Part shown: positions 27,750 to 36,884 of the stretch, in pieces
Position numbering within the stretch: position 1 is the stretch's first letter
Layout of the letters: every line of letters starts with the position of its first letter
Virus record (IMG/VR): IMGVR_UViG_3300025120_010366
Location: 1 to 51,605 of that record
Length of the DNA: 51,605 bases
Origin: a virus
Lineage: Duplodnaviria; Caudoviricetes
Direction: 5' to 3' (one strand)
The notes under the pieces: generated by a model
Databases searched by the model: none
Seen by the model: only the letters and a program-made list of their open reading frames with translations
What the model was told of the DNA's origin: nothing
Made by a program: the position numbers and the translations under genes

Positions 27750-28268
27750 TTATTTGAGTACCACATATTCGAAGTTTTGAGTGCTTTCATTCTTTTGAAT
27801 TAATCTAGCACCATTTCTTAAATGGAATTTCTCTGCCATTTTTGTGAGTGGCGACAGTGTAACCAATCTATTCAAATGATTTGATTGCTTAATCATATTG
27901 TAAACTTCTTTCACAATCATTTTACCGCCACCTTTTTTAAGACTCCATACAGTGTAAGCAATAGCAATAGATCCTTGTACTCCTGCTCTGTGTACTGCCT
28001 GCATGGCGGCGTCCTTGCTCAACGCATCCATTTCTTCAACAGTCTTTGGAACTTGGTTAGTGAATGCGAAACACATCACAGCCATAATATCTTCGCCGTG
28101 TTTAAGTCCGTAAATTTTTCTACCGTATGAGGTTCTAAATTTTATATCCAGTTCAGGACGAACGGGATCCTTTGTACAATCTACTTCGTGTAGTTCAACC
28201 AGCTCAGTTTTTTTAAGCCAATCAAAATCAAACCATTTTTTAATCTTCGCTGTGGTCGTCATCGTCAT
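27750..28268 (-). CDS. Hypothetical protein (GNAT-like fold possible)
   Basis: KDPVRPEL, YTVWS..KGGG, VTLSPLT.MA..FHL.NGA. Confidence 0.65.
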   Translation of the reverse strand: MTMTTTAKIKKWFDFDWLKKTELVELHEVDCTKDPVRPELDIKFRTSYGRKIYGLKHGEDIMAVMCFAFTNQVPKTVEEMDALSKDAAMQAVHRAGVQGSIAIAYTVWSLKKGGGKMIVKEVYNMIKQSNHLNRLVTLSPLTKMAEKFHLRNGARLIQKNESTQNFEYVVLK

Positions 28269-28355
28269 ACTCTCTTACTTTAATTAATATAATTAATACA
28301 ACCACTGAAACTATCATGCCTAAAAAGAACAAACCTAATCCTGTTTCAACTTCCA

Positions 28356-28535
28356 TTATGCTCCTTTATATTTTTCATTGCCTTTGTGCCAACCCACGTC
28401 CTCAATGTTTTCACTGAGACAAGTAGGACAACACCAAAATTCTTCTAGTGATTCGTCTGAGTCTAATTCTTGTGCAACACCTCTCCATTTACAAGTCCAA
28501 CAAATCCAATTCCATAATTCTTCTTGGTCTGACAT
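28356..28535 (-). CDS. Small zinc-ribbon protein (59 aa, not in ORF track)
   Basis: CWTC...CPTC; TAATG-coupled on both sides. Confidence 0.7.
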   Translation of the reverse strand: MSDQEELWNWICWTCKWRGVAQELDSDESLEEFWCCPTCLSENIEDVGWHKGNEKYKGA

Positions 28536-28918
28536 TACTTGTTGCCTTTCATTAATGTAATTTCTGTTGCCGCCTTACGTCCTGACACATCGTCATCATC
28601 TGCAAACACAGGCACCTGATTACTCTTGTGCATTGTAGCAATACCAATCAATCTTCTTTTTCCTGTGTATCTCATTTCTTCTCTTTTACTGCCAGCACCT
28701 TTTTCCATCACAGGCACTTTGTCACCACAAGGTACTCCTTGTCTGTCTTCTACAGGTTCAATTACTAATGGTTCTGATTTCTTTTTTCTAAATTTAATCT
28801 TGTCCAAGCCTCTGGCTTTCAACCACTCCTGATGTTCCAGTTTAGCCAATCGTAATGATTCTGTGTTGGGCAAACGATGTCTTATTTTTTTTGGTTGTTT
28901 CAAAATAATGAATCCCAT
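28535..28918 (-). CDS. Conserved T4-like hypothetical protein
   Basis: YTG..LIGIATMHKSNQVPVF motif. Confidence 0.75.
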   Translation of the reverse strand: MGFIILKQPKKIRHRLPNTESLRLAKLEHQEWLKARGLDKIKFRKKKSEPLVIEPVEDRQGVPCGDKVPVMEKGAGSKREEMRYTGKRRLIGIATMHKSNQVPVFADDDDVSGRKAATEITLMKGNK

Positions 28919-28938
28919 TGTTTAATTCTACTGTATAT

Positions 28939-29658
28939 TTACTTGTTTGTCAACTCTTCGATTTTTCGAAGTATGATTCGAGGGTATTCTTCGTTGGTGC
29001 TCCACGCACTCAATCCAAATACCATTTTTGTGATGTTTGGTTCGTATTTGTTTTGGTCTCTTTCTGCTCTGAATTCTTTGTAAGCAGGATGTCTGTTTAT
29101 GATAGCAATTACATCTGCAACACTTTGACATTTTGTTTCATATTTTTTTACACCAAATTTAGCATTAGGTATCGCGGCAGGTTTCATGTGTGGTACTTCA
29201 TCTAAACTCCAAGTTCGCACACCAAACAATGCATTGCCTTCTGTAGCAAATCTACTTCTACCATAGTCCGATTCTATAATTGCCATTGCCACTAATATAT
29301 CTCTAGGTATTCTCCTATCAGTTGGCAGTGTCCAGTTGATATAGTCTATACATCTGTTCATTGCTACAACAAACGTTTTAGGTCCATCAAAGTCAAATTC
29401 TGGTTCATGCAAACCAAAACTTTTAGCCATTTCAACCATTCTTTCGTCTTCTATTTTAATAATTTTTTTGGTTACTATACTGTTAGGATTGAATGTTCCG
29501 TAGGCGTATGCTAATAAAAGCACACCTGCCATTGCTAATACTTTGTAGCAGAATATTTTTACTTTGCGTATTGTTCTATTAGAAGGTGTTAGTTCTTGTT
29601 TGACCTTTAATAAAAACTGTAAAAATTTATTTAATTGTTTTTTGTACCAAACAGTCAT
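28939..29658 (-). CDS. Membrane-anchored glucosaminidase (Bax/GH73-like) peptidoglycan hydrolase
   Basis: AMAIIESDYGRSRFATEGNALFG, INRHPAYKEFR; TM segment near the N-terminus. Confidence 0.8.
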   Translation of the reverse strand: MTVWYKKQLNKFLQFLLKVKQELTPSNRTIRKVKIFCYKVLAMAGVLLLAYAYGTFNPNSIVTKKIIKIEDERMVEMAKSFGLHEPEFDFDGPKTFVVAMNRCIDYINWTLPTDRRIPRDILVAMAIIESDYGRSRFATEGNALFGVRTWSLDEVPHMKPAAIPNAKFGVKKYETKCQSVADVIAIINRHPAYKEFRAERDQNKYEPNITKMVFGLSAWSTNEEYPRIILRKIEELTNK

Positions 29659-29706
29659 AATAATATTATACACTATTTAGATGTTAAATCAAGTGAAAAG
29701 AATGGG

Positions 29707-29976
29707 CTATTTTATTGACTTTTTGAGGTTTTGTTTGCAGATTTCGTACCAATATTGACCACCCTCACGTAGTAGTTCATTATCAATGCGGATCCTTTCC
29801 ATTCTTTTATGAATTAGATTCCATTGATACTTAGAAATTACTTCGTTACGATCTTGAAATCTATCTAGTCGCAACAACACATCATCTATAGTAGGGCAAG
29901 TTATGTCCGGCACTTTAGGAGCCTTCTTTTTCCATTTTTGCCAAGGTGTTATTTTCTTTTTCTTAAGTCTAGACAT
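29707..29976 (-). CDS. Hypothetical protein
   Basis: KAPKVPDITCP.ID...LRE.G.YWY. Confidence 0.7.
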   Translation of the reverse strand: MSRLKKKKITPWQKWKKKAPKVPDITCPTIDDVLLRLDRFQDRNEVISKYQWNLIHKRMERIRIDNELLREGGQYWYEICKQNLKKSIK

Positions 29977-30041
29977 ACAATTATTTAAATTAGGTGTCGA
30001 TAATGTTATGTGAAGGTTTAATGATAAAGTGATAGTTTAAA

Positions 30042-30063
30042 TGTGGGAGCCGAAACTCCCACA
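30042..30063 (-). terminator. Hairpin terminating the tmRNA gene
   Basis: TGTGGGAG-TTTCGG-CTCCCACA followed by TTT. Confidence 0.75.
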
Positions 30064-30362
30064 CTTGATCTGTTCTGTTGCCCGGTAGATCAACCGCCAA
30101 GTGGCCGGTATTAAGCGGCAACCAATTCCGCGTCAGCAAATATGCTAACTGGAACTGTCACTTCTGGTTTAAATGCGTTTGCATTTGTAATGATCCTTTA
30201 CAGAGATCAGACTGATAAACTCCATGTGCTTTTATGCTCCGGTCGAAACCAAGTACACCCCCTCATAATAAACCAGATTATTATAAATGAGTGTTGGTGG
30301 AGGTGGAGGGAGTCGAACCCTCGTCCCAAAAGTGTATTGCACACACTTCAACGTCTACAGTG
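30064..30362 (-). ncRNA. ssrA: Circularly permuted (two-piece) tmRNA
   Basis: Acceptor piece first (T-arm GAGGG-TTCGACT-CCCTC, CACCTCC-ACCA ending 30295), then a 32-nt spacer, then the coding piece from 30262 (GGGGGTG...GGTTTCGAC) with a G3-U70-type pair. Tag 30182-30111 reads ANAFKPEVTVPVSIFADAELVAA*. Confidence 0.93.
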
Positions 30363-30392
30363 TATTTAAACAGATTATTGGGTAAATGTCAA
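30363..30392 (-). promoter_or_regulatory. Promoter of tmRNA
   Basis: TTGACA, then 18 nt, then TAAATA directly upstream of the acceptor piece. Confidence 0.65.
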
Positions 30393-30592
30393 GACTTAAT
30401 TTTAATTGGTGACCATCTACCATCTTTGCTTCTTATCTTGTCAGAATGCTTAACTTCTATAGTAAATGTTTTAGTGTCTTTGAATTCCTTACCATATGCG
30501 AAAGTAAACTCATGACCGTGGTCAGTTTTACTTTTCCAATAGGCTTGGAAGTCGTTAATCACAATCTTATTCTTTTGTATTTTAACTGTCAT
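30389..30592 (-). CDS. Hypothetical protein
   Basis: TTGACA-17-TACATT 6 nt before the ATG. Confidence 0.65.
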   Translation of the reverse strand: MTVKIQKNKIVINDFQAYWKSKTDHGHEFTFAYGKEFKDTKTFTIEVKHSDKIRSKDGRWSPIKIKS

Positions 30593-30637
30593 ATGCTTAA
30601 TGTAGCATACGCACTTAAAAATGTCAAGCAGTGATTA

Positions 30638-30856
30638 TTATTGATTGAAGTTTTTGATTACTTTGATATCGGTAGCGACTTGTCTATCTCTGAATTCTTG
30701 TAATTGATATTCTACAACATCACCGTCCATAACCTCTTTAAGGTTCGCGGCTTTAAGAGCAGAGATATGTAAGAAAACGTCTTTACCTTCTTCGTCTGGT
30801 GTAATGAATCCAAATCCTTTTGCTGAATTGAACCACTTTATTTTACCTGTTGCCAT
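30638..30856 (-). CDS. cspA: Cold-shock domain protein
   Basis: GKIKWFN..KGFGFI (RNP1), DVFLHIS (RNP2). Confidence 0.93.
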   Translation of the reverse strand: MATGKIKWFNSAKGFGFITPDEEGKDVFLHISALKAANLKEVMDGDVVEYQLQEFRDRQVATDIKVIKNFNQ

Positions 30857-30916
30857 ATTATTTTGTTTCTTGTTTTTCTATGCTGTATTTATTATCTTTT
30901 AGGAAAATCGTGTGTT

Positions 30917-30944
30917 GAGTTGCGGATTTTTACACCCGCAACTC
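30917..30944. terminator. 9-bp inverted repeat downstream of the H1-like gene
   Basis: GAGTTGCGG-N10-CCGCAACTC. Confidence 0.55.
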
Positions 30945-30951
30945 TAATGAA

Positions 30952-31128
30952 TTACATTGAGTTTTTCTTCTCTTGTATTTCTTTTCTTCTAACTTTAACT
31001 GCTTTGCCTAAGATGCCAAGAGCCTTTCTCGCTCTAGCCGCCGCGGCTTTTACACCTTTAGTTTCGAATGCTTCTGACTCTGATAAGTAAGATTCGAAAG
31101 CAGTTTTGATTTCTTCATGAGTTGCCAT
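30952..31128 (-). CDS. Histone H1/Hc1-like small basic protein (58 aa, not in ORF track)
   Basis: MATHEEIKTAFESYLSESEAFETKGVKAAAARARKALGILGKAVKVRRKEIQEKKNSM; AGGAG SD. Confidence 0.75.
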   Translation of the reverse strand: MATHEEIKTAFESYLSESEAFETKGVKAAAARARKALGILGKAVKVRRKEIQEKKNSM

Positions 31129-31705
31129 GTTGTTTCTCCTTTATAACGTTATAAATTCCAGCCCAATTTTCTACTCTTTGAACTGAACTATTACCCTCAT
31201 TATACATTGTATTGTGAGGAAGGTCAAGTAGCAATGCTACCAAACCCATATCGTGTCCTAATTCTGCATTTGCAGGTTTATCTTCTATCCAAAATGTTCC
31301 TTCCGGAATTTTAGATAGGGCTTCATGTTTGTCCGCTCCTGTGTCTAAACAAACGATTTGTTCAAACACATCTCCAAACACTTCCTTAAGATTCTCTTCT
31401 CTCAATTGATTGGCATTCTTGTCCAACGACTGACTAGTGATCACGTGAAATTTATAGCCTAACTCCGCTATTTTCTTGACGTTTTCTACTGCCCCTTCAA
31501 TAGGTTTTAAAAACTTCATCCATGCACTTTCGTTGAATATTTTTATCAACACTTCGCATTGACCTTTGTTCATGTGATAGTTCATGCTGACATCGTAGTG
31601 ATCGCTGGCGTGTTTAGTGAAGCCTTGAAACTTCATCCAGTCATCAAATGATTGCTCCCAGTTGAGCAAAACTCCATCACAATCTATTGCTATGATTTTA
31701 TTCAT
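31115..31705 (-). CDS. HAD-family 5'(3')-nucleotidase
   Basis: IDCDGVL, VITS, WIEDK motifs. Confidence 0.82.
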   Translation of the reverse strand: MNKIIAIDCDGVLLNWEQSFDDWMKFQGFTKHASDHYDVSMNYHMNKGQCEVLIKIFNESAWMKFLKPIEGAVENVKKIAELGYKFHVITSQSLDKNANQLREENLKEVFGDVFEQIVCLDTGADKHEALSKIPEGTFWIEDKPANAELGHDMGLVALLLDLPHNTMYNEGNSSVQRVENWAGIYNVIKEKQHGNS

Positions 31706-31992
31706 TATTTAGGTAAAGTTAACCCTGATGTACCTTCTCTGTATTGACGTGCCATACCATCTTCTGTTTCTGTGTAGCACACAACATTGCTTTTGAATAT
31801 TTCTATATCAGCAGTTTGAGGCACTGTGAATACAAATGGTCCAAGACCTATTCCTTTGTTAGGAATATTAACCACTGCTCTGGGTTTTGATATCTTGATA
31901 GAAGTATCTGTAACTTCAATCAGTTTGGCTAACACTTCTTCACCACTCATCAGTTTGATTGTGATGATATCACCTTCTTGTAGACTAGGCAT
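31705..31992 (-). CDS. Conserved phage hypothetical protein (Sm-like fold possible)
   Basis: ITIKLMSGEEVLAK...Y...TSGL. Confidence 0.7.
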   Translation of the reverse strand: MPSLQEGDIITIKLMSGEEVLAKLIEVTDTSIKISKPRAVVNIPNKGIGLGPFVFTVPQTADIEIFKSNVVCYTETEDGMARQYREGTSGLTLPK

Positions 31993-32242
31993 TATCGCTC
32001 CCTTGTTGATCAATTAATGTTTTTAGTTCTTGAAATCCGCCTATATGTTTTTCATCAACAAATATTTGAGGCACTGTTCTTGCACCTGGAACTGCTTCTT
32101 GTAATTGTTGCACTGTCCACGTTCCGTGTGCTATATTTCTTTCCTCAAACTCTATATTTTTTGACTTTAATAGGTTTTTTGCTTGTTCACAGTATGAACA
32201 ACCTACGTTGCTCCATACAATCGCTTTAGTTATCTTTGACAT
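31985..32242 (-). CDS. grx: Glutaredoxin
   Basis: CSYC, ARTVPQIF, IGGF. Confidence 0.92.
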   Translation of the reverse strand: MSKITKAIVWSNVGCSYCEQAKNLLKSKNIEFEERNIAHGTWTVQQLQEAVPGARTVPQIFVDEKHIGGFQELKTLIDQQGSDNA

Positions 32243-32639
32243 TTGGTATCCTTATTGCTCCTATTCCTTCTTTATGAAGATCTGTTATTTCTTTGTCTGA
32301 TGCTGTACCGTATATATGGTCATCACGTTCTCCAGCGAGTGCTTTCCGAGCCTCCTTGGCAAAGTTATCACCAACATTTTCACAATTTTTTTCTACCCAT
32401 GTCTTAAGATGTTGCAGGGTCGATCTGCTATTGTAAAATGCAGTGTTGCTTTTTTTACTTTTTATTTTTTTGGATTTAACGTTTACATTCGGAGCCATTA
32501 CTGCTCTCCGTATGCCTGTGTTATCACATATTGGACAAGCAATCAGTTTTTTAGTTTTTTGATCCAAATATGATTTCTCCGATGCAAACCATCCTTCGAA
32601 TTCATGATCTCTAGTACATAGTAAATTATATTTGGGCAT
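32226..32639 (-). CDS. DUF1178 family protein
   Basis: YNLLC..HEFEGWF, CPIC, AVMAP.V, VG.NFA.EAR, IYG.A. Confidence 0.82.
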   Translation of the reverse strand: MPKYNLLCTRDHEFEGWFASEKSYLDQKTKKLIACPICDNTGIRRAVMAPNVNVKSKKIKSKKSNTAFYNSRSTLQHLKTWVEKNCENVGDNFAKEARKALAGERDDHIYGTASDKEITDLHKEGIGAIRIPNVKDN

Positions 32640-32675
32640 AACTTATTATAACTTCTTTAGGATTAAAAGTCAATA

Positions 32676-32858
32676 TTATAGGTGATGTTCTGGTGGTGTT
32701 GGTTTACAATCAACTTGTTTGTTATCTCTATCCATGTAAAGACTTAATAACCAGATTGCTACTCCCAATCCTATCAACACCCAAAGGAATCTTTCTTCTG
32801 GAGATGTCAATAGATAAAATAGTACTTCCATACCATTCATTGAATTGAAGTCTACCAT
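32676..32858 (-). CDS. Small membrane protein
   Basis: One TM segment; TAATG-coupled to nrdB. Confidence 0.6.
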   Translation of the reverse strand: MVDFNSMNGMEVLFYLLTSPEERFLWVLIGLGVAIWLLSLYMDRDNKQVDCKPTPPEHHL

Positions 32859-33958
32859 TATAGTGAGAATTTTTTGAATTGTCCTTTTTGAACATCTTGT
32901 TTGATACCACCCACGATGTAAGATTCAACTTCTGTTTCTTGTGGTGCTACCTGCATACCTTTTGATGATAACCAATGCTGTGTCCACGGTAAAGGATTTT
33001 GTGATGCTGATACATCATATATTGGATCGTAACCTAATGCTCTCAATCTCTTGTTAGCAATCCATTCAACATATTGTCCTAGTAATTTTTCATTAAGTCC
33101 AATCAAAGAACCATCTTTGAATAAATGTTTTGCCCATGCTTTTTCTTCTTCTACTGTATCTTTAAACATTTGAATAACTGTTTTGTCTGTGCCTTTCATT
33201 GCTTTGGTCATTTCAGGATCGTCTCCTTTTTGCCATGCTTTGATAATGTGTGTTGACAAGTTCAAGTGTGTTGCTTCATCTCTAGCAATCAATGAAAGTA
33301 TTTTTGCTGAACCTTCCATAAGTTTAAGTTCGCCAAATGCAAAGGTACAAGCAAATGAAATATAAAATCTTAAACCTTCTAACAAGTTCACTGTGTTCAT
33401 TGCTAGGTATAATTGTTTTTTAAGATCAATCATATCTACTTTTTTGCCTACTGCATGATCCAATGCCATTTTACCAAACTTGTCATACTCTCTTGTAACT
33501 GACTGAGCTCTCTTTAATATTTCTTTATCATTTAAAATAGTGTCAAACACTTCTGTAGGATCACTGTAAATGTTCTTCATGATGTGTGTGTATGAACGTG
33601 AGTGTATAGTTTCAAAAAAGTCCCAAGTAACAATACATCCTTCTAGTTCTGGATTAGAAACATATGGCAAGAACATAAGACTTGGTCCTCTGCCCTGTAC
33701 TGAATCCAACAGTGTTTGATATTTCAAGTTTGATGTGAATATGTGTTTCTGTTCAGGTCTGAAACCTTGATAGTCTGCTCTGTCTTTTTGAAGTGATACT
33801 TCTTCTGGTCTCCAAAAGTATCCAATCATTGTTTGATTCAATTTATCAAACTGTGGATATTTAAACTCGTCATATCTCTGCACACCACCATCTTCACCAA
33901 AGAACATGGGTTGTTTCAAGTAGTCTATTTTTTGTTTATTGAACACTGTTTTTGTCAT
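32858..33958 (-). CDS. nrdB: Ribonucleotide reductase class Ia beta subunit
   Basis: FWRPEE, LDSVQGR, ETIHSRSY, LEGLRFY, RDEATH, APQETEVESY. Confidence 0.97.
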   Translation of the reverse strand: MTKTVFNKQKIDYLKQPMFFGEDGGVQRYDEFKYPQFDKLNQTMIGYFWRPEEVSLQKDRADYQGFRPEQKHIFTSNLKYQTLLDSVQGRGPSLMFLPYVSNPELEGCIVTWDFFETIHSRSYTHIMKNIYSDPTEVFDTILNDKEILKRAQSVTREYDKFGKMALDHAVGKKVDMIDLKKQLYLAMNTVNLLEGLRFYISFACTFAFGELKLMEGSAKILSLIARDEATHLNLSTHIIKAWQKGDDPEMTKAMKGTDKTVIQMFKDTVEEEKAWAKHLFKDGSLIGLNEKLLGQYVEWIANKRLRALGYDPIYDVSASQNPLPWTQHWLSSKGMQVAPQETEVESYIVGGIKQDVQKGQFKKFSL

Positions 33959-33997
33959 GCAATTTAGTTATCCATTCCAATTAAAAATTTAATATGC

Positions 33998-36379
33998 TTA
34001 TATTGTACAAGCATCACACTCACCGTCTTCTAAATCTGCCAACTGTTCTTCCACAGTTGCTTCGCCATTAACTCCATTTAGGTGTGCACCATTAAGGTTT
34101 GCTGACATTGTGTCTATCCCTGCTGGTTGAACATCTTCTTCTTCACCTTTGAAATCATATGTATTTTGATAATAACTTGTTTTCCAACCATATTTGTATG
34201 CTGACAACATATCTTGTGCCATTGCTGAGATTGGAACTTCATTGTTTTCATAATGTAATGGATTGTAACTCCAGTTTCCTGATATAGCCTGATCAAAATA
34301 TTTCTGCATCATTGCTACCACATTAATATAACCTGTGTTGTCTGGCATATCCCAAAGCAATGTGTAAGCATTCTTTAGTTTAGGGAACCCTGGTGCTATC
34401 TGCTTCAGAGGACCTTTCTTACTTTTCTTAATTGCCATTAATGCTCTTGGTGGTTCTATACCATTTGTTTCGTTACTAACAACGGAAGAACTTTCTGACG
34501 GCATCTGTGCTGATAACGTTGAGTGTCTTAATCCGTGTTTTGTAATGTCTTTTCTCAATGCCTCCCATGCCATTCTTTGTTTGTGTGGCACGATCTCGTC
34601 TACTTCTTTCTTGTAGTGATCGATTGGCAATAGACCGTCTGCATATTTTGTTTGTTTAAATCCTTCACAAGCACCTCTTTCTTGTGCTAATTTGTTAGAT
34701 GCTTTAAGTAGATAAAATTGAAATGCTTCTGTAAGTCTATCAACTGAATCCCAAGCACCTTTCTCAGAATATTTAAAACCTTGTTTTGCAAGATAGTGTG
34801 CCAATCCAATATAACCTATACCTAAACTTCTTCTAGATTTTGTGGATACTTCTGCCGCTTTCACAGGATAGTCTTGATATTCTATAATTTCTTCCAATGC
34901 TCTAACAGCCAATTCACATAAGTTTTCTAAATCTTCTAAATTGTTTAATTGTCCTACATTGATTGCACTTAAAATACACAATGCTATTTCTCCTTGTGAA
35001 TCGTCTATTGCATTGATAGGTGTTGTAGGCAATGTAATTTCTTGACACAGATTACTCATTGATACTTTGTCTTTGAATGAACTATGTGTATTACAGTGAT
35101 CCAAATTCATTATGTAGATACGTCCTGTTTCTGCTCTTTCTTTTAATAAATCAGAAAATAAATTTTGTGCTGGAATAGTCTTTTTATTAATTGATGAATC
35201 TTTTTCATATTTTTTGTAAAGTGCATCAAATGAATCTGTTCCAAATGCATCATACAATCCTGGTGCTTCGTGTGGTGAAAATAATGTAATATCTTCATCG
35301 TTCATAAATCTTTCATAGAACATTTTAGATATTTGTATTGAATAATCTAACTTACGTACTCTGTTGTCTTCTGTACCTTTGTTATTTTTAAGCACAAGGA
35401 TGTCTTCAATCTCTTGGTGCCATATTGGAAAGTGAACAGTTGCTGATCCACCACGTACTCCGTTTTGTGTACAACATCTCACAGTTGATTCGAATTTTTT
35501 AAGGAACGGAATGACTCCTGTGTGTTGGACCTCCCCTCCTCTTATTTTTGCATTGATACCTCTGATACGTCCTGCATTGATTCCTATGCCTGCTCTTCTG
35601 GCAACATATAAACCAATTGCCATATCGCTTGAGAATATTGAAGACAATGTGTCATCGCTATCTATCAATACACATGAAGCAAATTGTCTAATAGGAGTTC
35701 TTACTCCTGCCATTACTGGAGTTGGAATATTAATTTTAAATGTTGATACAGCATCGTAATATTTTTTAACATAACTCATTCTAGTCTTTGCTGGATATTC
35801 TGCAAACAGTGTTGCCGAAATCATCATGTACATATCTTGTGGTGTTTCAAATAAATCTCCTGATGATCTATCTTGCACAAGATATTTGTCTACCACTTGT
35901 CTTAAACCTGCATATGTAAAATCAAGATCTCTTTCTCTCTTGATCCATGTGTTCATTTTTTTAATATCAGTCTTTGAAAATTTTTCTACAATACCTTTAT
36001 CATAAACACCTGCCTTAATATTTCTTATGATTAATTTTAACAAAGGCATATATTCATATTGTCCGTGTGCTTCTTTACGCACATCATATGAAAGTAATCT
36101 TGCCGCGGCATATTGATAGTTGGGTGTTTCTAATGAGATAAGATCGTTTGCTGAACGCACTAATATTTGTTGAACTTCTTTTGTTGTCATGCCATCGTAA
36201 AATTGTATGTTGGCATTAATTTCTATCTGTGATGAAGACACACCTGATAATCCTTCGCAGGCTTCTTCTACAACAAAATGAATTTTGTCAATGTCTAAAG
36301 GTTCTAACCTTCCGTCTCTTTTCTTAATCTTAATTGCAGATGTGTTAATGATTTGTTCCTTAGACGTATTCAATTCCAT
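33998..36379 (-). CDS. nrdA: Ribonucleotide reductase class Ia alpha subunit (with ATP-cone)
   Basis: KKRDG ATP-cone, QFASCV, SNLCQEI, ALCIL, MPSESSS, KTSYY, C-terminal CDAC. Confidence 0.97.
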   Translation of the reverse strand: MELNTSKEQIINTSAIKIKKRDGRLEPLDIDKIHFVVEEACEGLSGVSSSQIEINANIQFYDGMTTKEVQQILVRSANDLISLETPNYQYAAARLLSYDVRKEAHGQYEYMPLLKLIIRNIKAGVYDKGIVEKFSKTDIKKMNTWIKRERDLDFTYAGLRQVVDKYLVQDRSSGDLFETPQDMYMMISATLFAEYPAKTRMSYVKKYYDAVSTFKINIPTPVMAGVRTPIRQFASCVLIDSDDTLSSIFSSDMAIGLYVARRAGIGINAGRIRGINAKIRGGEVQHTGVIPFLKKFESTVRCCTQNGVRGGSATVHFPIWHQEIEDILVLKNNKGTEDNRVRKLDYSIQISKMFYERFMNDEDITLFSPHEAPGLYDAFGTDSFDALYKKYEKDSSINKKTIPAQNLFSDLLKERAETGRIYIMNLDHCNTHSSFKDKVSMSNLCQEITLPTTPINAIDDSQGEIALCILSAINVGQLNNLEDLENLCELAVRALEEIIEYQDYPVKAAEVSTKSRRSLGIGYIGLAHYLAKQGFKYSEKGAWDSVDRLTEAFQFYLLKASNKLAQERGACEGFKQTKYADGLLPIDHYKKEVDEIVPHKQRMAWEALRKDITKHGLRHSTLSAQMPSESSSVVSNETNGIEPPRALMAIKKSKKGPLKQIAPGFPKLKNAYTLLWDMPDNTGYINVVAMMQKYFDQAISGNWSYNPLHYENNEVPISAMAQDMLSAYKYGWKTSYYQNTYDFKGEEEDVQPAGIDTMSANLNGAHLNGVNGEATVEEQLADLEDGECDACTI

Positions 36380-36395
36380 TATATTCCTATTTCTA

Positions 36396-36884
36396 TTAAT
36401 TCTTTGTATTTATCAGTTCTCGTATATGGGTAGTATATTGCAGAATATAGTTTTTGTCAAACGTTGATTTGTTTAATTTTGCCATACTGTATATGTCTAT
36501 TAGACTGTTTTTCATTTCAATAATGTAACTAAACTTCTGGTTGTTTGAACTATCTTCTTTTGTATAAACTGTATGTATCTTAAGATCGTGGTCCTTAAAA
36601 TTATCAGTTAATAATATAGTATAACTGACTAAGAGAGAAATGTCAACAAGATCATATTCATTCTTTTCAATCAGTTGCCAACCGTTAAGCCAGGTGTCTT
36701 TTTTGTAGATATTGGTGTCAGTTTTGGTTCTAGGACAATGTTGAAATATATTGATTAAGATATTGAATGGATCTTCTGCTTCGTTAATTACGTCACGTAT
36801 GCTTTGCCAATCTTCCAGACGTTCTGTGTAGTTGCCGTAAAAAATATTAGGCTTATGAGATATTTTGAATTTGGATTGTGACAT
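36396..36884 (-). CDS. Hypothetical protein
   Basis: ERLEDW..IR...W...WQLI; start uncertain. Confidence 0.65.
   Translation of the reverse strand: MSQSKFKISHKPNIFYGNYTERLEDWQSIRDVINEAEDPFNILINIFQHCPRTKTDTNIYKKDTWLNGWQLIEKNEYDLVDISLLVSYTILLTDNFKDHDLKIHTVYTKEDSSNNQKFSYIIEMKNSLIDIYSMAKLNKSTFDKNYILQYTTHIRELINTKN

Noticed and set aside
30295-30330. Apparent tRNA 3' half (T-arm + CCA)
   Set aside because: No D or anticodon arm upstream; it pairs with the downstream GGGGGTG and is the acceptor piece of the permuted tmRNA
30142-30515. Plus-strand ORFs containing WWRWRESNPRP / VEVEGVEPSS
   Set aside because: Typical antisense translations of a tRNA-like T-arm; shadows of the tmRNA
32858-36379. Introns or inteins in nrdA/nrdB
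   Set aside because: Both are continuous ORFs of ordinary class Ia length with no intein or homing-endonuclease motifs
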